A stretch of 64,000 nucleotides of DNA from Pelagibacterales bacterium SAG-MED47. Lineage in GTDB: Bacteria > Pseudomonadota > Alphaproteobacteria > Pelagibacterales > Pelagibacteraceae. The notes under the pieces were generated by a model. That model was given only the letters and a program-made list of their open reading frames with translations, did not search any database and was not told where the DNA came from. Positions 59,984-64,000 of the stretch are shown one piece after another. Location: the NCBI GenBank assembly GCA_014653355.1, contig JACWEO010000001.1:12912-76911 (forward strand), read 5' to 3'. Position 1 is the stretch's first letter. Each line of letters begins with the position of its first letter. Made by a program: the position numbers and the translations under genes.

Positions 59984-61730
59984 AAAAAATCTCTTTATTC
60001 TCGTGATTTTGATTTTAGGATCGATAGTTCGAGCTGAAGAAAAACCATTGGATATTTGGAGTATAGATAAAAAAGAAATTGAAAATAATCTTAAGGTTAA
60101 TGAAGAAACAAATAATCAAAATAAAAATAATGAAATACAGGGTGAAACAAATATTTATAAAATGCAATCTCAAAAAGAAATTAATTCAATAGAACTTGAT
60201 GAAAAATTAGTTTCAAGAAAAGTAAAAATATATGGTTTATATGATCCAGATGATTATGACCTAGATATTAATATGTGGTCCAATTCAAATGGAGATCAAC
60301 TAAAGAAACTTTTTTCTAAACTAAATTCAATTAAACTTTCAAAAGATGCTTCAGAAATAATGAATATTTCCTTACTAACTAATTCTCATTTCCCTGAAAA
60401 AAATATTACAGAAAAAGAGTTCTTACGTTTTAAATCAGATTGGCTCATAAAAAATTCAGATTTAGATTTAATAGAAGAATATTTAATTAAAAATCAAATT
60501 TTTAATTTACATCCAGAATTAACAAAATATTTAGTCAACAAATATTTGTCAGAGTCTAATATTGAAAAAGCATGTAATTTATTTCAAAAAAATACACATT
60601 CAATTGATGATGAGTATTTGTCTAAATTCAATATTTATTGTCTAATTTATTTAAATAAGAAAGATGAAGCTCAATTAATATTTGATTTAAAAAAGGAATT
60701 GGGATTTGAAGATAAATATTTTGAGAAAAAAATAAATTTTTTATTTGGCTATACCTCTAAAATAAATGAAAAAATATCTGAGGATTCTATTTTAGATTTT
60801 CATTTAGCTCATATAACGAATCCCAATTTTACTTTTGAACCAAATGAGTCAACAAGTAAAATAATATGGAAATATCTTTCATCCACGAATTTATTAAGTT
60901 CATTTCAACAAATTGAAAGCTCAGAGTTAGAAAAAATTTTATTATTAGAAAAAGCAACAAATAATAAAGATTATCCAGAAAAAGATTTATTTGAAATATA
61001 CAAAAGATTTCAATTTAGTATTAATCAACTTTTAAATGCTGAAAGTTCTTATAAGTCTTTATCTAAAATTGAGGCTAGAGCTTTGATTTACCAAAAGGCT
61101 CTTTTAGAATCTGAAATGATAGAAAAATTAAAATTATTAAAAATTTTAAAAGGTTTATTTAAAAAGGATAATTTAAATAATGCATTTGATACAGAACTTA
61201 AAAAGTTTTTGGAGAAAATTAATCCTACTGATGTCCCCGATAATTTAACAAGTTTTTATTATACTAATATTAAAATCAAAGATGAAACAGAGAATAGTAT
61301 CAAAGTAAATAATGATATCTTACATCAGTCAAAACTTTTAAATTATTTTAATGGGGATTATTCAAAATCTAAAATAGAAAAAGATGTTAATAATTTTTTA
61401 AAAAAAATTAAAAAAGATAAGAAATATTCTTTATCTAAAAAGGACCAAATATTTTTAGAATCTTTACAATTTGATGGTATAGAAATTTCAAAAAAATATG
61501 TAGATCTTTTTCAACCTAATGAATCAGAGATACCATCTGATATGCAGGTGATGGTTAATAATAATGAAAAAGGGGCAATTTTGTTAAGAATTATTGAAGT
61601 TATTGGTCAAGATAAAATTGAAAGAATTGATGATGATACCATTTATTTTGTTATTAGAGTTTTAAATCAATTAAATATTGATTTTATTAGAAACAAAATT
61701 TTATTAAAAGTTCTTCCTTTAAAAGTTTAA
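59958..61730 (+). CDS. Hypothetical secreted, alpha-helical protein (590 aa)
   Basis: Long ORF with a signal peptide (…GSIVRA|EEKPLDIW); no catalytic motif recognised. Confidence 0.85.
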   Translation: MKILKLLNKKNLFILVILILGSIVRAEEKPLDIWSIDKKEIENNLKVNEETNNQNKNNEIQGETNIYKMQSQKEINSIELDEKLVSRKVKIYGLYDPDDYDLDINMWSNSNGDQLKKLFSKLNSIKLSKDASEIMNISLLTNSHFPEKNITEKEFLRFKSDWLIKNSDLDLIEEYLIKNQIFNLHPELTKYLVNKYLSESNIEKACNLFQKNTHSIDDEYLSKFNIYCLIYLNKKDEAQLIFDLKKELGFEDKYFEKKINFLFGYTSKINEKISEDSILDFHLAHITNPNFTFEPNESTSKIIWKYLSSTNLLSSFQQIESSELEKILLLEKATNNKDYPEKDLFEIYKRFQFSINQLLNAESSYKSLSKIEARALIYQKALLESEMIEKLKLLKILKGLFKKDNLNNAFDTELKKFLEKINPTDVPDNLTSFYYTNIKIKDETENSIKVNNDILHQSKLLNYFNGDYSKSKIEKDVNNFLKKIKKDKKYSLSKKDQIFLESLQFDGIEISKKYVDLFQPNESEIPSDMQVMVNNNEKGAILLRIIEVIGQDKIERIDDDTIYFVIRVLNQLNIDFIRNKILLKVLPLKV

Positions 61731-61752
61731 AAATTAGTTTAATTGTTTATTT

Positions 61753-62277
61753 ATGTCTATTAGAGAAATTATTACAGTTCCTGATGAAATCTTAAAAAAA
61801 ATTTCTGATCCAATTGAAAAAGTAGGAGTTAATGAAAAAAAACTAATAGATGATTTATTTGAAACAATGTACAATTCAAATGGAATTGGTCTTGCTGCTG
61901 TTCAAGTAGGGATACTAAAAAGAATCTTAGTTGTCGATGTTTCAAATAAAGATGAAAAAAAACAACCTATTGCCTTAGTAAATCCAGTGATTAGAAATTT
62001 AAGTAGTGAAACATCAGTTTACGAAGAAGGATGTCTTTCAATACCTGAAACGTTTATTGAAATTGAAAGACCTAAAATATGTGAAGTTGATTACATTGAT
62101 AAAAAAGGAGAAAAAAAAATTCTTAAATGTGATGGACTTTTATCGACATGTGTTCAACATGAAATAAATCACTTAGATGGAAAATTGATTATTGATCATT
62201 TATCAAAATTAAAAAAAGATTTTATCATTAAAAAAATTTCAAAAGTTAAAAAAAATCCAGACAGAATTGTTGTTTAA
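61753..62277 (+). CDS. def: Peptide deformylase
   Basis: GIGLAAVQVG, EGCLSIP, QHEINHLDG. Confidence 0.97.
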   Translation: MSIREIITVPDEILKKISDPIEKVGVNEKKLIDDLFETMYNSNGIGLAAVQVGILKRILVVDVSNKDEKKQPIALVNPVIRNLSSETSVYEEGCLSIPETFIEIERPKICEVDYIDKKGEKKILKCDGLLSTCVQHEINHLDGKLIIDHLSKLKKDFIIKKISKVKKNPDRIVV

Positions 62278-62279
62278 AG

Positions 62280-63212
62280 ATGGCTAGAAAAATTATCTTT
62301 ATGGGTACACCATATTTTTCAGTTCCTATATTAAAATCTTTATATCAAAATGGTTATTCAATTTCAGCGGTCTATACACAACCTCCACAAAAATCTAATC
62401 GAGGTCAAAAGATTAATAAGTCTCCAGTTCAAGGTATTTCTGAAATTTTAAATTTAGATTTTAGATGTCCTTTAACTTTAAAAAATAATGATGAGGAATA
62501 TAGATTTTTAAAAGAATTAGAAGCTGACCTTGCAATAGTTGTTGCCTATGGTCAAATTATTCCAAAAAGTTTTTTAAATTTAACCAAAAAAGGTTTTGTA
62601 AATATTCACGCCTCTATACTTCCAAAATGGCGAGGAGCAGCACCAATTCAAAGATCAATCATGAATCTAGATAATGAGACTGGTATAAGTATGATGAAAA
62701 TTTCAGAAGAATTAGATTTTGGACCAGTTAGTAATATTTATAAGATAAAGATTGATCAGAGTCAGAATGCTGAAGAAATTTCAGAAAAACTATCTACTCT
62801 CGCAGCAGAAAAAATTTTAGACAATGTAGATGATATACTTGATGATAAAGCAAAGTTTGTTGAACAAGATCATTCTAAAGCAACTTATGCAACTAAAATT
62901 GATAAGAAGGAATCCCAAATTAATTGGAATAGTGATGCACCTAAAATCATGGGAAAAATAAATGGCCTTTTCCCAGATCCTGGTGCTTTTTTTAGTTTCA
63001 ATGGTGAAAGATATAAAGTTTTAAAAGCTGAAATTGGTAATGGTATTGGTAAAGTTGGTGAGGTAATTTCAGATCAGTTGGAAATCGCTTGTAACAAAAA
63101 TCAATCCATCAAGATTCTTAAAATCCAAAGACAAGGAAAAAAACCTCAGAGAATTGGTGAATTTATGCTTGGTTCTCAAATTAAAAAAGGTTCAAGATTA
63201 TTTTATGTTTAG
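62280..63212 (+). CDS. fmt: Methionyl-tRNA formyltransferase
   Basis: FMGTP, VVAYGQII, NIHASILPKWRGAAPIQR. Confidence 0.97.
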   Translation: MARKIIFMGTPYFSVPILKSLYQNGYSISAVYTQPPQKSNRGQKINKSPVQGISEILNLDFRCPLTLKNNDEEYRFLKELEADLAIVVAYGQIIPKSFLNLTKKGFVNIHASILPKWRGAAPIQRSIMNLDNETGISMMKISEELDFGPVSNIYKIKIDQSQNAEEISEKLSTLAAEKILDNVDDILDDKAKFVEQDHSKATYATKIDKKESQINWNSDAPKIMGKINGLFPDPGAFFSFNGERYKVLKAEIGNGIGKVGEVISDQLEIACNKNQSIKILKIQRQGKKPQRIGEFMLGSQIKKGSRLFYV

Positions 63213-63945
63213 ATATCAAATATTAATTGAATTTGTGGGTACTAATTTTAGAGGATGGCAAATTCAAAAAAAAGGGAAAACTATTCAGGGACTTATTCAA
63301 GATAAAATTAAAAAAATTTTAAGAGAAAAAATTACAATATATGGAGCAGGAAGACTAGATGTCGGTGTTCATGCAAAAGAACAATCTGCTCATTTTGATT
63401 GTATTGATGAAATTAATCAACTCGATAAGTTTTTAAAATCTATTAACCACTTTTTGAATAACGAAGGAGTAGCAATACTGAAGATCAAAAAAAGAAATGA
63501 TGATTTTCATGCAAGGTTTTCAGCTAAATTAAGAGTTTATAAATACGTGATTATAAATCGAATTAGTGGTCCTGTGTTAGATCAAAATAGAGGCTGGCAT
63601 ATCATGAAAGATCTTGATTTAAATTTAATGAAAAAGGGTGCAAAAAAATTAATTGGGACTAAAGATTTTAGTACTTTTAGGAAATCCACTTGTAGAGCCA
63701 AAAGTCCAATAAAGACTATGAAATCGGTAAAAATAAATTTTAGAAAAGAAAAGATAGAAATTGAATTTATATCTCAATCTTTTCTACAACAACAGGTTCG
63801 ATCAATGGTTGGTTGTTTAAAATATCTTGGAGAAAAAAAATGGTCAATTAAAAAATTTGAAAATATAATGAATTCAAAAAAAAGATCATTGTGTGCTCCA
63901 CCAGCACCACCAGAAGGATTATATTTAATGAGAGTTATTTATTAA
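63205..63945 (+). CDS. truA: tRNA pseudouridine(38-40) synthase (start reassigned to the ATG at 63205)
   Basis: FRGWQIQ, GRLDVGVHA, FHARFSA, KDFSTFR, FLQQQVRSMVG, APPEGLYL. Confidence 0.94.
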   Translation: MFRYQILIEFVGTNFRGWQIQKKGKTIQGLIQDKIKKILREKITIYGAGRLDVGVHAKEQSAHFDCIDEINQLDKFLKSINHFLNNEGVAILKIKKRNDDFHARFSAKLRVYKYVIINRISGPVLDQNRGWHIMKDLDLNLMKKGAKKLIGTKDFSTFRKSTCRAKSPIKTMKSVKINFRKEKIEIEFISQSFLQQQVRSMVGCLKYLGEKKWSIKKFENIMNSKKRSLCAPPAPPEGLYLMRVIY

Positions 63946-64000
63946 TTTTTTTTTAGTTGCCATTGAAAATTTTTTACCAATTCGCCATCTGGACTCTTCT
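63942..64000 (-). CDS. Probable 3' end of a convergent gene starting outside the window
   Basis: Open frame …KSPDGELVKNFQWQLKKN*, whose stop shares a TTAA with the truA stop. Confidence 0.4.
   Translation of the reverse strand, partial: KSPDGELVKNFQWQLKKN

Overview
This is a very AT-rich, gene-dense chromosomal window from a streamlined alphaproteobacterium. Gene content, gene order and the tiny or overlapping intergenic spacers point to SAR11 / Candidatus Pelagibacter (inference, no database search run). It is mostly core genes: coaBC(partial)-ubiB-ubiE / mutM-rpsT-dnaA-dnaN, plsC-lysA-argH, coq7-dsbB, fadD, carD-fdxA-helicase, thiolase, aceE-aceF, gltD-gltB, thrS-infC-rpmI-rplT-pheS-pheT-lepA, gyrB, regB, cobT-cobS-dnaJ-like, bolA, aroB-aroK and def-fmt-truA. 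It also holds three tRNAs (Leu-CAA, Arg-ACG, Ser-GGA) and a ~6 kb surface-glycan/methyltransferase cassette around tRNA-Ser. No CRISPR array, rRNA, integrase or transposase was found. The strongest unannotated signal is a self-contained transcription unit (promoter, leader hairpin, SD, terminator) encoding a 25-aa Lys/Arg/Ala peptide. It converges on a CarD that has a long poly-Lys N-terminal extension. Other notable points: four more small ORFs missing from the ORF track, a pyruvate dehydrogenase E1 with its own lipoyl domain, a remodelled GyrB, CobST with no CobN in the window, and a 12-bp perfect palindrome upstream of gltD.
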